NCBI GenBank assembly: GCA_017467625.1
Contig: JAFUSN010000004.1
Coordinates: 403,963 to 467,962 of the forward strand
Reading direction: 5' to 3'
From: Clostridia bacterium
GTDB taxonomy: Bacteria > Bacillota > Clostridia > Christensenellales > UBA1242
DNA: 64,000 nt
Part shown: piece by piece, positions 1 through 9,378 of the stretch
Position numbering within the stretch: position 1 is the first letter of the stretch
Layout of the letters: every line of letters begins with the position of its first letter
The notes under the pieces: generated by a model
Database searches by the model: none
The model's input: the letters and a program-made list of their open reading frames with translations, nothing else
What the model was told of the DNA's origin: nothing
Program-made: the position numbers and the translations under genes

Positions 1-54
1 AAAAAATTTGCTGAAGAAATGAAATAAAAGGTTTTTTAATAAGGATATGAGATT

Positions 55-459
55 ATGACAAAATTAGAAGAAGTTAAAAAATTTTTAGATGAAGCAGGTG
101 TATTTTATATTGTTTCGGTTGATGATAAAAACAAACCAAAGGCAAGGCCCATCAGTTTTTCAATGATTGAGGATGGGAAATTGTGGTTTGGAGTTGGAAC
201 ATTTAAAAATGTTTATAAACAATTAACAAGCAATCCAAATATTGAAATTATTGCAATGAACAAGGGAAAATGGATTCGATATGATGGCGTTGCTCATTTT
301 GTTGAAGACGAGAAATTGGAAAACAAATGTTTGGATATTCTTGGAAACATTGGAAAAATGTATAAAGAAAACTCTTGGCGAATGGGTATGTTTTATATTG
401 AAAACGGTCATGTTGAAATTAAAGCAGTTGCTAAAATTGTTGAAGAATTTGATTTATAA
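55..459 (+). CDS. pyridoxamine 5'-phosphate oxidase (PNPOx/FMN-binding split barrel) family protein
   Basis: 134 aa; size and pattern (PKARPISF...GKLWF..G..K..Y..L..NP.IEI) typical of small PNPOx-like proteins; weak SD-like purine-rich stretch (aaggat) upstream. Confidence 0.65.
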   Translation: MTKLEEVKKFLDEAGVFYIVSVDDKNKPKARPISFSMIEDGKLWFGVGTFKNVYKQLTSNPNIEIIAMNKGKWIRYDGVAHFVEDEKLENKCLDILGNIGKMYKENSWRMGMFYIENGHVEIKAVAKIVEEFDL

Positions 460-486
460 AAGTTTAAAACATAAAAGGAGAAATGT

Positions 487-1212
487 ATGAAAAAACAAGA
501 TGCTGGGAGAAAAATTTTAGGAGAACTTGCACCAAAATTTGCAGAGCTTAATGATGATGTTTTGTTTGGTGAAGTTTGGTCAAGAGAAGACAAACTTTCA
601 CTGCGAGATAGAAGTTTGGCAACAATTTCAGCACTGTTTTCTGCTGGGCTTTTTCCACAACTTAAAGCGCATTTAGAGATTGGCAAAGCCCATGGTTTAA
701 CAAAAAAAGAAATTGTTGAAGTGGTTACTCAACTGGCTTTTTATTGTGGTTGGCCAAAAGCGTGGTCAACATTTCCACTTATTGAAGAAGTTTATGGGAA
801 GGAAAACAATGAAATGGATTTATCGGTTTTTCCGGTTGGTGAGCCTAATCCTTATGGTCAGTATTTTGTTGGTCAAAGTTATCTTGCTTCGCTTTCAACT
901 TCGCAAATTCCAACATTTAATGTAACTTTTGAGCCGGGATGCAGAAATAATTGGCACATTCATCATGCAAAAAGTGGTGGTGGACAAATGCTAATTTGTG
1001 TGTATGGTGAAGGCTGGTATCAAGAATGGGGAAAAGAACCACGCAAACTCAAAGCTGGTGATGTTGTTAACATTCCAGCAAATGTGAAACATTGGCATGG
1101 GGCAACTTCAAATAGTTGGTTTCAACATATTGCGCAAGAAATTCCAGGAACGGAAACGTCAACTGAGTGGTGTGAACCAGTTGGCGATGAAGAATATAAA
1201 AACTTAAAATAA
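487..1212 (+). CDS. carboxymuconolactone decarboxylase (AhpD-like) domain fused to cupin domain protein
   Basis: N-terminal CMD-like pattern (LSLRDRSLATISAL...AHGLTKKEIVEVVTQLAFYCGWP); C-terminal cupin (NWHIHH...GDVVNIPANVKHWHGA); AGGAG SD upstream. Confidence 0.7.
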   Translation: MKKQDAGRKILGELAPKFAELNDDVLFGEVWSREDKLSLRDRSLATISALFSAGLFPQLKAHLEIGKAHGLTKKEIVEVVTQLAFYCGWPKAWSTFPLIEEVYGKENNEMDLSVFPVGEPNPYGQYFVGQSYLASLSTSQIPTFNVTFEPGCRNNWHIHHAKSGGGQMLICVYGEGWYQEWGKEPRKLKAGDVVNIPANVKHWHGATSNSWFQHIAQEIPGTETSTEWCEPVGDEEYKNLK

Positions 1213-1243
1213 GGCACTCAAATTTGAGTGCCTTATTTATTTG
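1211..1243 (+). terminator. intrinsic terminator after CMD-cupin gene
   Basis: aaggcactc/gagtgcctt 9-bp stem followed by T-rich run. Confidence 0.8.
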
Positions 1244-1287
1244 CAAAAGAGTAATGAATTTTTTATAATTTGGTTAGAGGTGATTTT

Positions 1288-1941
1288 ATGCAGGCAATTA
1301 TGGAAACGATTTTTGAATCGGCATATTTAATTTTTGCAATTGTTGCAGGAATTTTTATTCTTTGCAAAGCAAAGGGAAGAAAAGAATTTATTTTGTTTGG
1401 TGTTGCAACAATAATTTTAGGAGTTGGAGATTCCTTTCATTTGATTCCAAGAATGATTGCTCTTTGCACAAACGGGCTTGAAAATCATGTGTTTTCACTT
1501 GGGCTTGGAAAACTTGTTACATCAATAACAATGACCATTTTTTATGTTATTTTGTTTTATTCATTTAAAAACAGATTTAACAGGCAAACGGAAAATGGGT
1601 TTGAAAGTTTGTTTTTAGCACTTGCTGCGGCCAGATTTGCGCTTTGCGCATTTCATCAAAATGAATGGTTTGTTTCGCCATCAAGCTATGCCTGGTCAAT
1701 AATTAGAAATGTTCCATTTGTGATTATGGGCGCAATGTTTATTTGTGTATCATTTGTTTGGTGCAGGCAAGACAAGTTTTTTAAATTCACATGGCTTTTG
1801 GTTTTGCTTTCATTTGTGTTTTATCTTTTAACTGTTTTGGTTGCGCCATACATTTCAATTATGGGAATGATGATGTTGCCAAAAACAATTTGTTACATAA
1901 TTTTAATTGTGTTTGGCATAAGGGCTGTGCTTCAAAATTAG
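1288..1941 (+). CDS. polytopic (about 7 TM) membrane protein, unknown function
   Basis: Seven hydrophobic segments; start moved to ATG 1288 behind AGAGGTG SD; directly upstream of the kinase gene. Confidence 0.55.
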   Translation: MQAIMETIFESAYLIFAIVAGIFILCKAKGRKEFILFGVATIILGVGDSFHLIPRMIALCTNGLENHVFSLGLGKLVTSITMTIFYVILFYSFKNRFNRQTENGFESLFLALAAARFALCAFHQNEWFVSPSSYAWSIIRNVPFVIMGAMFICVSFVWCRQDKFFKFTWLLVLLSFVFYLLTVLVAPYISIMGMMMLPKTICYIILIVFGIRAVLQN

Positions 1942-2049
1942 TTTTTATTTAAAATTTGTTAAAAATGTAAATTAATACTTTAATTGTTTTAAAAAATACA
2001 TTTAAATGAAGTTGTAAAATAAATTTAACATGATATAATTTGGAGTGTT

Positions 2050-3312
2050 ATGAATAGTGCAAGTGTTTTTAATGTGACAATATGCATAATTGGAATTTTG
2101 ATTCTTTCAATTCATATTGCAAATATTTTAATAAAAAGAAAACATAGAGCAGATGAAAAAAATCTTCTTGTTTTCTTCATTTTTACTGCTGTTCATTTTG
2201 TTATATATTTGATTTTCACTTTTATTAAAACAACTTATTCAAGCAACGCACTTGTTATTGCTTTTTACACAGCGTTTTATATTATGAATAATTTGGAAGT
2301 GTTTTTGCTGTTTAGATATTTCAAAAGCTATAAGGAAGTGCCACACAAAACCCAAAAAGTTTTAGAGGCAATAAACATTTCACTTTTTGTAGTGTTTGTT
2401 TTGCTTGATGTGATAAATATTTTCACAGGCATATTTTTCACGGCAAGTAATGGGATTTATTTAAGGAGTAAAACAATGATGCTGTCGCAAGGCTATCAGT
2501 TTGTGATGCTGTGTGCAATTTTTGTGGCAACTTTTGTTAACAAAAATTTAAATAAGAGAGAAAAACTTGCATTTGCTTCATATTGTATTTTGCCATTTTT
2601 TGCAATAATTTTGCAAAACATATTTAAAGGCTATGCAATTGCTTATGCGTCAATTGTTATCGCAATTGAAATTTTGTTTGCATTTTTGAGTGTTGAAAGA
2701 AATTTAGAGCTTTCTCGTCAACAAGAGAAAAATAAAGAAGCACAAATTAAGATTATGCTTTCACAAATTAAGCCACATTTTGTTTATAATTCACTTTCTT
2801 CAATTTCAACACTCATTACTATTGATCCACAAAAAGCGCAGCGTGCACTTGATGATTTTACAGAGTACTTGAGAAGAAATTTGTCATCACTTACAGAAAC
2901 TAGATTAATTTCTTTTGAAGATGAGCTTAAGCACATCAAAACATACATTTCACTTGAAAAAATGAGATTTGGAGATAGAATTAATATTGTTTATGACATT
3001 CAAAAAACAGATTTTAATGTTCCACCACTATCAATTCAGCCAATTGTTGAAAATGCAATTAAACATGGAATTTTACAAAAAATTTCGGGTGGCACATTAA
3101 CAATTAAAACTTATAAAAATGATAACAAGTTTTTTGTTGAAGTTATTGATGACGGCGTTGGATTTGATGCGAGCCGCATAAGCGCTGAACAAAACAATCA
3201 TTTTGGAATTAATAACATTAAATATCGCATAGAAAACATGTGTAAGGGTGATATAACAATTAAAAGCGAAGTTGGGAAAGGAACACAAGTTGTTGTTGTG
3301 TTTCCGAATTAG
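2050..3312 (+). CDS. sensor histidine kinase, LytS/YehU/YesM-type (His_kinase + HATPase), about 7 TM sensor region
   Basis: H-box KPHFVYNSLSSI, N-box IQPIVENAIKHG, G1 DDGVGF, G2 GKGT; N-terminal half all TM helices. Confidence 0.9.
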   Translation: MNSASVFNVTICIIGILILSIHIANILIKRKHRADEKNLLVFFIFTAVHFVIYLIFTFIKTTYSSNALVIAFYTAFYIMNNLEVFLLFRYFKSYKEVPHKTQKVLEAINISLFVVFVLLDVINIFTGIFFTASNGIYLRSKTMMLSQGYQFVMLCAIFVATFVNKNLNKREKLAFASYCILPFFAIILQNIFKGYAIAYASIVIAIEILFAFLSVERNLELSRQQEKNKEAQIKIMLSQIKPHFVYNSLSSISTLITIDPQKAQRALDDFTEYLRRNLSSLTETRLISFEDELKHIKTYISLEKMRFGDRINIVYDIQKTDFNVPPLSIQPIVENAIKHGILQKISGGTLTIKTYKNDNKFFVEVIDDGVGFDASRISAEQNNHFGINNIKYRIENMCKGDITIKSEVGKGTQVVVVFPN

Positions 3313-3321
3313 GAGAAAAAA

Positions 3322-4083
3322 ATGAAAGTACTTTTGGTTGATGATGAAAATTTGCAACTGATTAGGCTTGAAAAAACAGTAAAAAATGTTTTGCCAAATG
3401 CAGAACTTTTAAGTTACACAAACCCTGTTCGAGCCTTAGAAGAAAATGAAAATAACAAAATTGACATTGCTTTTTTGGATATTGAAATGCCTGAACTCAA
3501 TGGAATTTCGCTTGCAAAAAAATTAAAAAATATTAATCCAAAAATTAACATTATTTTTGTCACGGCTTATGACAGTTATGCTTTGGAAGCATATAACTTG
3601 CATGCTTCAGGTTATGTTACAAAACCAGTCAGTGAGGAAAAGGTTAAAGAAGAAATTGACGGACTTAGATTTGATGTTGAGTTAAGTTCAACAAAAAAAT
3701 TGCAAGTGAAATGTTTTGGAAATTTTGAAGTGTTTTTTAAAGGGAAGCCAGTTAAATTTGAAAGAAGCAAGTCAAAAGAGCTTTTTGCTTATCTTGTTGA
3801 CAGAGGGGGAAGCGCTGTTAACACTGATGAGCTTAATGCTGTTTTGTGGGAAGAAGAGGACCATAAATCATATTTAAGAAACCTTGTTGCAGACATTCAA
3901 AAAACACTTAAAAGCATTGATGCAAGTGATGTTTTTGTTAAAAGGAGAAACGAGTGCTTCGTTGATATGGAAAAAATTGATTGTGATGCTTACGAGTATA
4001 TTAAAAACAACCCTAATGCAGTGAGAGCTTACCGAGGAGAATATATGAGTCAATTTAATTGGGCTGTTTTTAAAGAAAAATAG
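3322..4083 (+). CDS. response regulator: receiver domain + SARP-like winged helix / truncated BTAD output
   Basis: LLVDDE, FLDIEMPELNG phospho-Asp region; C-terminal LQVKCFGNFEVFFKGKPV..SKELFAYLVDRGG..LWEE...YRGEYM pattern as in SARP/BTAD regulators. Confidence 0.85.
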   Translation: MKVLLVDDENLQLIRLEKTVKNVLPNAELLSYTNPVRALEENENNKIDIAFLDIEMPELNGISLAKKLKNINPKINIIFVTAYDSYALEAYNLHASGYVTKPVSEEKVKEEIDGLRFDVELSSTKKLQVKCFGNFEVFFKGKPVKFERSKSKELFAYLVDRGGSAVNTDELNAVLWEEEDHKSYLRNLVADIQKTLKSIDASDVFVKRRNECFVDMEKIDCDAYEYIKNNPNAVRAYRGEYMSQFNWAVFKEK

Positions 4084-4087
4084 CGTA

Positions 4088-4137
4088 TTGTGTTACATTT
4101 TTTGAATATATACAATTTTGTGGCACTTTTGTTGCAC
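4088..4137 (+). promoter_or_regulatory. direct repeats TTGTGTTAC (4088), TTGTGGCAC (4118), TTGTTGCAC (4129) upstream of the surface-protein gene
   Basis: The last two copies are 11 bp apart and abut the expected -35 position relative to a GATAAT-like -10 at about 4161. Confidence 0.45.
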
Positions 4138-4206
4138 TTAAACGAGTAGTATTATTATTAGATAATACTATTTTTTATTGCAAAAAAAATATAGTTGGAG
4201 GAAATA

Positions 4207-7200
4207 ATGGAAAAAACAAAAAGAAAAAATTGGCTAATCACTGGCTTGCTTGCAATCGCTCTTGTCTTTACAATGGGTTTTGCGTTTTTGGGTATGCCAG
4301 CAAACACAATGACAGCTTATGCGGCAACAGAGCGTGTGGTTGCTACCTTGAGAGCATCTAATGCTCTCAACTCAAATGGTTCATCTGGATTTTGGAGTTG
4401 GGAAATGACAGGTTCAACAACAGTTAGTTATACGTGGGATACAACTTTAAATGATTATGTAAACGCAGTTTCTTTGCCGGCTTCAAACCCGGAATCTTTG
4501 TTTATTGTTAGATGGAGTAATCCTGACAGTATAAAAATAACGAAGGTCGTTGTAAGCGCACGAGAGGCATCAGGTCATATGAAGTATAACCAGCTATATT
4601 TTAATGGTGATGACACTGCTAGTTATTCAAATAAATCAACCGTTGACAATGTAACTACATATACGCAACGTGAAGGTCGAGAAGATAATGGAGTAATGAG
4701 ATTTCGTGTGGGCAATAACAATACCACAGGTATGTCAGATGCAGTGTTTAACATAAAATCTATAACAATATATGCAGAAGAAACCACTACTCCTGTAACA
4801 ATCGATGCTGGAACTGGTGTTAAATCTGTTTATCTTTCAACCACAAATAATGCAACAAGTGGTAGTGCAAGCGGAACAGAATTTGATGATGGTGCAACAG
4901 TATATGGATTTGCTGAACTCGCAAAAGGTTACAATGCACCAAGCGGTTGGACACTTGTTGGTGGAACAGCAAATACAGAAGGTGCAAAATATCGCGTTGG
5001 TTCTGTATCTGCAGGTTCAAGCAATTTTGGAACAAAATCTGCAGATTTGGCAACCTACACAATTACTTATAACTTAAATGGTGGAGCGCATGGAACCACA
5101 CATCCAAGTTCATACAATGTAACAAGCAACACATTTACAATTTCAAATCCAACAAGAGATGGTTATACATTTAAAGGTTGGAGTGGAACTGGACTTTCTG
5201 GTGACACAAACAAAAATGTTAGCGTTGCACAAGGTTCAGTTGGCAACAGAACATACACAGCAAACTGGACAGCAAATCAATATACAATAACATATAATGC
5301 AAATAGTGGAACTGTTAGTCCTGCAAGTGTTACATATAAAACAAATAATAATTCTAACACTGCAACATCACAAAACTTAACACTTGCAACACCTACTAGA
5401 GCCGGCTATACATTTGCTGGTTGGACAACCACAAAGAGTGGAGTTTCAATTTCAAACAAGACTGCACTTACAATCAATGCAAACACATATGGCGATTTTA
5501 CAGTTACTGCAAACTGGACTCAAGATATGTCTACTCCAACAGTTGTTCCATATACAGGAACTTATGACGGGGTATATCACGATGCACTTTCAATTACTTT
5601 AACAAACCCTTCAGATGCTGTTGTTAGATATAAAACCTCACCATTTGGAGATTATTCAACTGAGATACCACAAGTTAAAAATGGTGGAACATATACAATT
5701 TATTATGAAATAAAAAAAGACGGTTGGACAACAATAACAAGTTCAGTTAATGTTGTAATTAACAAGGCAGCATTAGAGTTAGACCCATTCCAAACACTTC
5801 CTATTGTAATAAACAATCTTGAATATAATGGACAAAACCAACCACTTGCCACAGCAGGCACACTTTTGACAGATGATGATTATGGCGTGATTAAATATAG
5901 AGTTGTGGCTGAAGACGGAAGTTTTGATACGGCTTATAACGCTTCAATTCCTGTTGGACACAATGTAACTACATATACTGTATATTATAAAACTGAAGAT
6001 AGTGCAAACTTTGTAGATTGCCCAGAAAGAAGCATTACAGTTGTTATTGCTGAAGTTGACAAAACAGCCCTTGCTGACAAAATTTCTGAAGTTGAAGATT
6101 ATCTTGACACAATTAATGACAAATATTCAACAATTTCAACAACTTTGGAAGGAATAAAAGACCAAATCACAGCTGATTATTACACCGAATTAAATGTAAC
6201 TAATGAGCAAGTTGAAGCGGCAGTGTCAAACCTTCAAACAGCATTAAGCAATGCAAAAGTTGATGTAACTGAAACAAAGATTGATGCAATTGGAACAATT
6301 GCTTACACAACAGAAAGCAAAGCACTTATTGACGATGCAAAAGCATATTTTGATGGTGAACTTTCTCAAGATGAACAAAACATGGTTGACAGCACAAAGA
6401 AAGCAGCATTAAACAAAGCATACACTGACTATTATGCAGTGGATGATGTTGTAAATCAAATTAATGAAATTGGTGCTTCTGAGGACACTCCAGAATTTAG
6501 GCAAAAAGTGTCAAGTGCAAGAGATGCATATGATGCTCTTACTCCTGACCAACAAGCAATTTTCCCAGCAGATATTCTTAAAATTTTGACAGACGACGAA
6601 GCTGCAATTGATGTTATGAATAAAATTAATGCAATTGGAGATGTTGAATATAACAGCACTTCAAAAGGCAAAATTGATGTGGCAAACAATGCTTACAGTG
6701 CACTTTCAGCTGACCAAAAAGCATTGGTTGCAAATTATACCACTCTTACACAAGCAAACACTGACTATGACAAAGTTGACGAAGCAACAGGAAAAGTTAA
6801 CAACATCGGTGATGTTGAATATACTCAAGACAGCAAAGCCCTTATTGATGAAGCTAGAGTTACTTATGACGATTTGACACCTTATCAAAAATCTATATTC
6901 CACGATGACACCTTAAAGACACTTGTTGATGATGAAAAAGCTTATGAGTCAATGGATAAAGTTCATGACATTGGAACGATTGAAAATTCTCAAGACAGCA
7001 AAGATAAAATTGTTGAAGCAAGATTAGTCTATGACGCTCTTACAACTGACCAAAAGGCACTTGTAGATAGTACATTCGTAACAGACCTTGAAAATGCAGA
7101 AACAGTTTTTGCTGTTATTGAAAAAGTAAACGACATTGGCAAAATTGAATATAACGATGACTCAAAAGCGCTTATTAAAAAAGCAAGAAATGAATATGAA

Positions 7201-7962
7201 AACTTAACTGACGAGCAAAAACTTTTGTTCCCAGAATCAACAGTTAAAGACATTGAAAAAGCAGAAACAACTTATGCAACAATTGAAAAGAACGCTGGAA
7301 TTATATCAACCGTTTTCCTTATTTTCTCAGTATTGCTTTTGATTGCAGGAATTATTGTGATGATATTGCTTCTTAAAAAACGCAATGAACTTAAGAAAGA
7401 AAGAAGCACAAAACTTCTAAGTGTTGCAGGGCTTCCAATGCTTTTAGCCGCAACAAGCCACTATTTTGACGCTCCATTTATTGCGCTTTATGTATTAGCA
7501 TTCTTAACAATTTGCGTTTGGGTTGCAGACCTAATTATTTACCTTAACAATCGAAAACTCAAACAAGCAATTGCAGAAGCACAAGCTGAAGAATTAGAAG
7601 ATGATAATGTAACTGAAAATCACGAGCTTGCTGGATTAAACGATAAAATCAGACCAGTTTACGAAGAACTTAAGAGAGAGATTCTCTCTTACAATGGCAC
7701 AAAAGCAAAAATGGGTAAACGATTTGAATATATAAAACTTGGCAGAGAAACCATTTTGAAATTTGCAGTAAAAGACAAAGCATTGTGTGTTTATTATGAT
7801 GTGGATGTTGATAATTTAAATAGCAAATATATGGTTGAGCAAGAAAGGTCTAGAAATTCTGCTGGTGTAACATGTGTTTACAAAATAAAGAATTACAGAC
7901 GACTAAATTATGCAAAGCAAATTATTGCTTTAGTAGCAAAAGAATTTGGACTTGAAAAATAA
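4207..7962 (+). CDS. large cell-surface repeat protein with signal peptide, Listeria-Bacteroides repeats, helical repeats, 3 TM helices and a cytoplasmic C-terminal domain
   Basis: Signal peptide ending AYA/AT; GYTFKGW / GYTFAGW repeat signatures; six 55-60 aa repeats; TM segments at aa about 1018-1100; ATG 4207 behind GGAGGA. Confidence 0.9.
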   Translation: MEKTKRKNWLITGLLAIALVFTMGFAFLGMPANTMTAYAATERVVATLRASNALNSNGSSGFWSWEMTGSTTVSYTWDTTLNDYVNAVSLPASNPESLFIVRWSNPDSIKITKVVVSAREASGHMKYNQLYFNGDDTASYSNKSTVDNVTTYTQREGREDNGVMRFRVGNNNTTGMSDAVFNIKSITIYAEETTTPVTIDAGTGVKSVYLSTTNNATSGSASGTEFDDGATVYGFAELAKGYNAPSGWTLVGGTANTEGAKYRVGSVSAGSSNFGTKSADLATYTITYNLNGGAHGTTHPSSYNVTSNTFTISNPTRDGYTFKGWSGTGLSGDTNKNVSVAQGSVGNRTYTANWTANQYTITYNANSGTVSPASVTYKTNNNSNTATSQNLTLATPTRAGYTFAGWTTTKSGVSISNKTALTINANTYGDFTVTANWTQDMSTPTVVPYTGTYDGVYHDALSITLTNPSDAVVRYKTSPFGDYSTEIPQVKNGGTYTIYYEIKKDGWTTITSSVNVVINKAALELDPFQTLPIVINNLEYNGQNQPLATAGTLLTDDDYGVIKYRVVAEDGSFDTAYNASIPVGHNVTTYTVYYKTEDSANFVDCPERSITVVIAEVDKTALADKISEVEDYLDTINDKYSTISTTLEGIKDQITADYYTELNVTNEQVEAAVSNLQTALSNAKVDVTETKIDAIGTIAYTTESKALIDDAKAYFDGELSQDEQNMVDSTKKAALNKAYTDYYAVDDVVNQINEIGASEDTPEFRQKVSSARDAYDALTPDQQAIFPADILKILTDDEAAIDVMNKINAIGDVEYNSTSKGKIDVANNAYSALSADQKALVANYTTLTQANTDYDKVDEATGKVNNIGDVEYTQDSKALIDEARVTYDDLTPYQKSIFHDDTLKTLVDDEKAYESMDKVHDIGTIENSQDSKDKIVEARLVYDALTTDQKALVDSTFVTDLENAETVFAVIEKVNDIGKIEYNDDSKALIKKARNEYENLTDEQKLLFPESTVKDIEKAETTYATIEKNAGIISTVFLIFSVLLLIAGIIVMILLLKKRNELKKERSTKLLSVAGLPMLLAATSHYFDAPFIALYVLAFLTICVWVADLIIYLNNRKLKQAIAEAQAEELEDDNVTENHELAGLNDKIRPVYEELKREILSYNGTKAKMGKRFEYIKLGRETILKFAVKDKALCVYYDVDVDNLNSKYMVEQERSRNSAGVTCVYKIKNYRRLNYAKQIIALVAKEFGLEK
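5055..5520 (+). repeat. two Listeria-Bacteroides (Flg_new-type) repeats inside the surface protein
   Basis: YTITYNLNGG...PTRDGYTFKGWSG...YTANW and YTITYNANSG...PTRAGYTFAGWT...VTANW. Confidence 0.8.
6262..7293 (+). repeat. six tandem 165-180 nt (55-60 aa) coding repeats, predicted helical
   Basis: Recurrent I(D/N)xIGx(I/V)EYxxxSKxxIxxAxxxYDxLTxDQKxL; the IG motif recurs at about 6286, 6466, 6631, 6801, 6966 and 7132. Confidence 0.85.
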
Positions 7963-7974
7963 TAATTAAAACAA

Positions 7975-8010
7975 AAATTCTAGCAACTATCAAAATTGCT
8001 AGAATTTTTA
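7975..8010 (+). terminator. intrinsic terminator after surface-protein gene
   Basis: aaattctagcaa/ttgctagaattt 12-bp stem followed by T run. Confidence 0.8.
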
Positions 8011-8024
8011 TAAAAACAAGTTTT

Positions 8025-8101
8025 TGGTGCTCCCGGCAGGACTTGAACCCGCAACCTTCCGGTTCGAAGCCGGCGACTCTATCCAGTTGAGCTACGGGAG
8101 C
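8025..8101 (-). tRNA. tRNA-Arg (anticodon TCG), CCA encoded
   Basis: Reverse complement GCTCCCG-TA-GCTC..GAGT-C-GCCGG-CTTCGAA-CCGGA-AGGTT-GCGGG-TTCAAGT-CCTGC-CGGGAGC-ACCA folds as a cloverleaf. Confidence 0.9.
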
Positions 8102-8111
8102 GAACAAGAAT

Positions 8112-8120
8112 ATTTTAGCA
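8112..8120 (-). promoter_or_regulatory. extended -10 (TGCTAAAAT) for tRNA-Arg
   Basis: Reverse complement of attttagca, 10 nt upstream of the tRNA 5' end. Confidence 0.5.
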
Positions 8121-8174
8121 TAAATGAAATGAAATTAGAAACATTATTACAAAAAAATACAAAATTTTGCAAAT

Positions 8175-8205
8175 AAAAATCACCCAGGGAGTAGGGGTGA
8201 TTTTT
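8175..8205 (-). terminator. intrinsic terminator downstream of the alcohol dehydrogenase gene
   Basis: aaaaatcaccc/gggtgattttt stem with A/T runs on both sides. Confidence 0.75.
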
Positions 8206-8223
8206 ATTTAGGTACATACATGA

Positions 8224-9378
8224 CTAAAGAAGTTTCTTTAAAATCATGTAAATATCTGCAACAGTTACTTCGCGAGGATTTCCTGCCGTGCAGGGATCTT
8301 CGTAGGCATGAAGGGCTAAAATGTCCAAATCTTCTTCATGAACACCATAGTCTGAAAGATGTTTTGGAACATTGAAATCATTTCTAAATTTTTCAACGGC
8401 ACGAATTGCTGCTCTGCAAACTTCTTGTTCTGAAAGCCCATTGGTGTTTACTCCAAGTGCTTCTGCAATAAATTTGTATTCTGCAGCAGATTCACTGTAC
8501 ATATTGAATTTAAGCGCTGCTGGCAAACACATTGCAAGCGCAATTCCATGAGGAACGCCAAACTTTCCGCTGATTGCATGAGCCATTGAGTGGCAAATTC
8601 CAAGCCCAGAATTTGAATAGGCAAGTCCAGCAATATATTCAGCATATCCCATATTTTCACGGGCAATTATGTTTTCAGGTTCATCATAGGAAAGTGGAAG
8701 GTTTTGGGCAACGATCCTAATTGCTTCTTTTGAAAGTGTTTTTGAAAACAAATTTGCATTTTTTGAAATTAAACTTTCAACAGCATGAGTAAAGGCGTCA
8801 AATCCAGAGCCAAGAGTTACAATGTCAGGCATGGTGGTCATTAAATCTGCATCAATAAATACTGCAACAGGAAGCATTTTATCGTTTTTGCAAATGATGT
8901 TTTTTTCAGTTACTGCATCATTAACAACAAAACTTTTTGAAACTTCTGCAGCACTTCCAGCAGTTGTTGGAACAGCAATTACTGGCATTGGCTCATTTAA
9001 ATTATTTTTTTCACCTTGAAGGGAAACAACATCTTCATATTTTGGATTGTTTGCAATAACAGAAATTGCTTTTGCAGTGTCAATTGGGCTTCCGCCACCA
9101 ATTGCAAGAATGAAATCTGCAGCAGAACGCTTGAGTTCATTGTATGCATTTTTAACATCACGAACCGTTGCTTCAGGTGTTACATCAGTAAATAAAACTG
9201 ATGGGATTTTTGCCTGAACTAAAATGTTTAAAACCTTTTGTGCAACACCTGCACGAATTAAACCATTATCTGTAATTACAAACGCTTTTTCATAGTGTCT
9301 GTTTTTAATTTCTCTTGCAAGTTCGTGTGTTGAACCAACACCGAGATGAAGAGTGCTGTTAAAAATAATTTTACTCAT
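8224..9378 (-). CDS. iron-containing (group III) alcohol dehydrogenase
   Basis: 384 aa; GGGSPIDTAKA motif; conserved His cluster (HAVESL, CHSMAHAISG..HG); GAGGT SD. Confidence 0.9.
   Translation of the reverse strand: MSKIIFNSTLHLGVGSTHELAREIKNRHYEKAFVITDNGLIRAGVAQKVLNILVQAKIPSVLFTDVTPEATVRDVKNAYNELKRSAADFILAIGGGSPIDTAKAISVIANNPKYEDVVSLQGEKNNLNEPMPVIAVPTTAGSAAEVSKSFVVNDAVTEKNIICKNDKMLPVAVFIDADLMTTMPDIVTLGSGFDAFTHAVESLISKNANLFSKTLSKEAIRIVAQNLPLSYDEPENIIARENMGYAEYIAGLAYSNSGLGICHSMAHAISGKFGVPHGIALAMCLPAALKFNMYSESAAEYKFIAEALGVNTNGLSEQEVCRAAIRAVEKFRNDFNVPKHLSDYGVHEEDLDILALHAYEDPCTAGNPREVTVADIYMILKKLL

Noticed and set aside
6262-7293. CRISPR-like periodicity (regular units of about 165-180 nt)
   Set aside because: The units are diverged in-frame protein repeats inside a long ORF. 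There are no short identical direct repeats with unique spacers, and no cas genes.
8025-8101. tRNA-Arg(TCG) coexisting with tadA as an oddity
   Set aside because: To my knowledge, many low-GC bacteria carry a UCG isoacceptor alongside the TadA-edited ACG tRNA. Nothing can be concluded without the full tRNA set.
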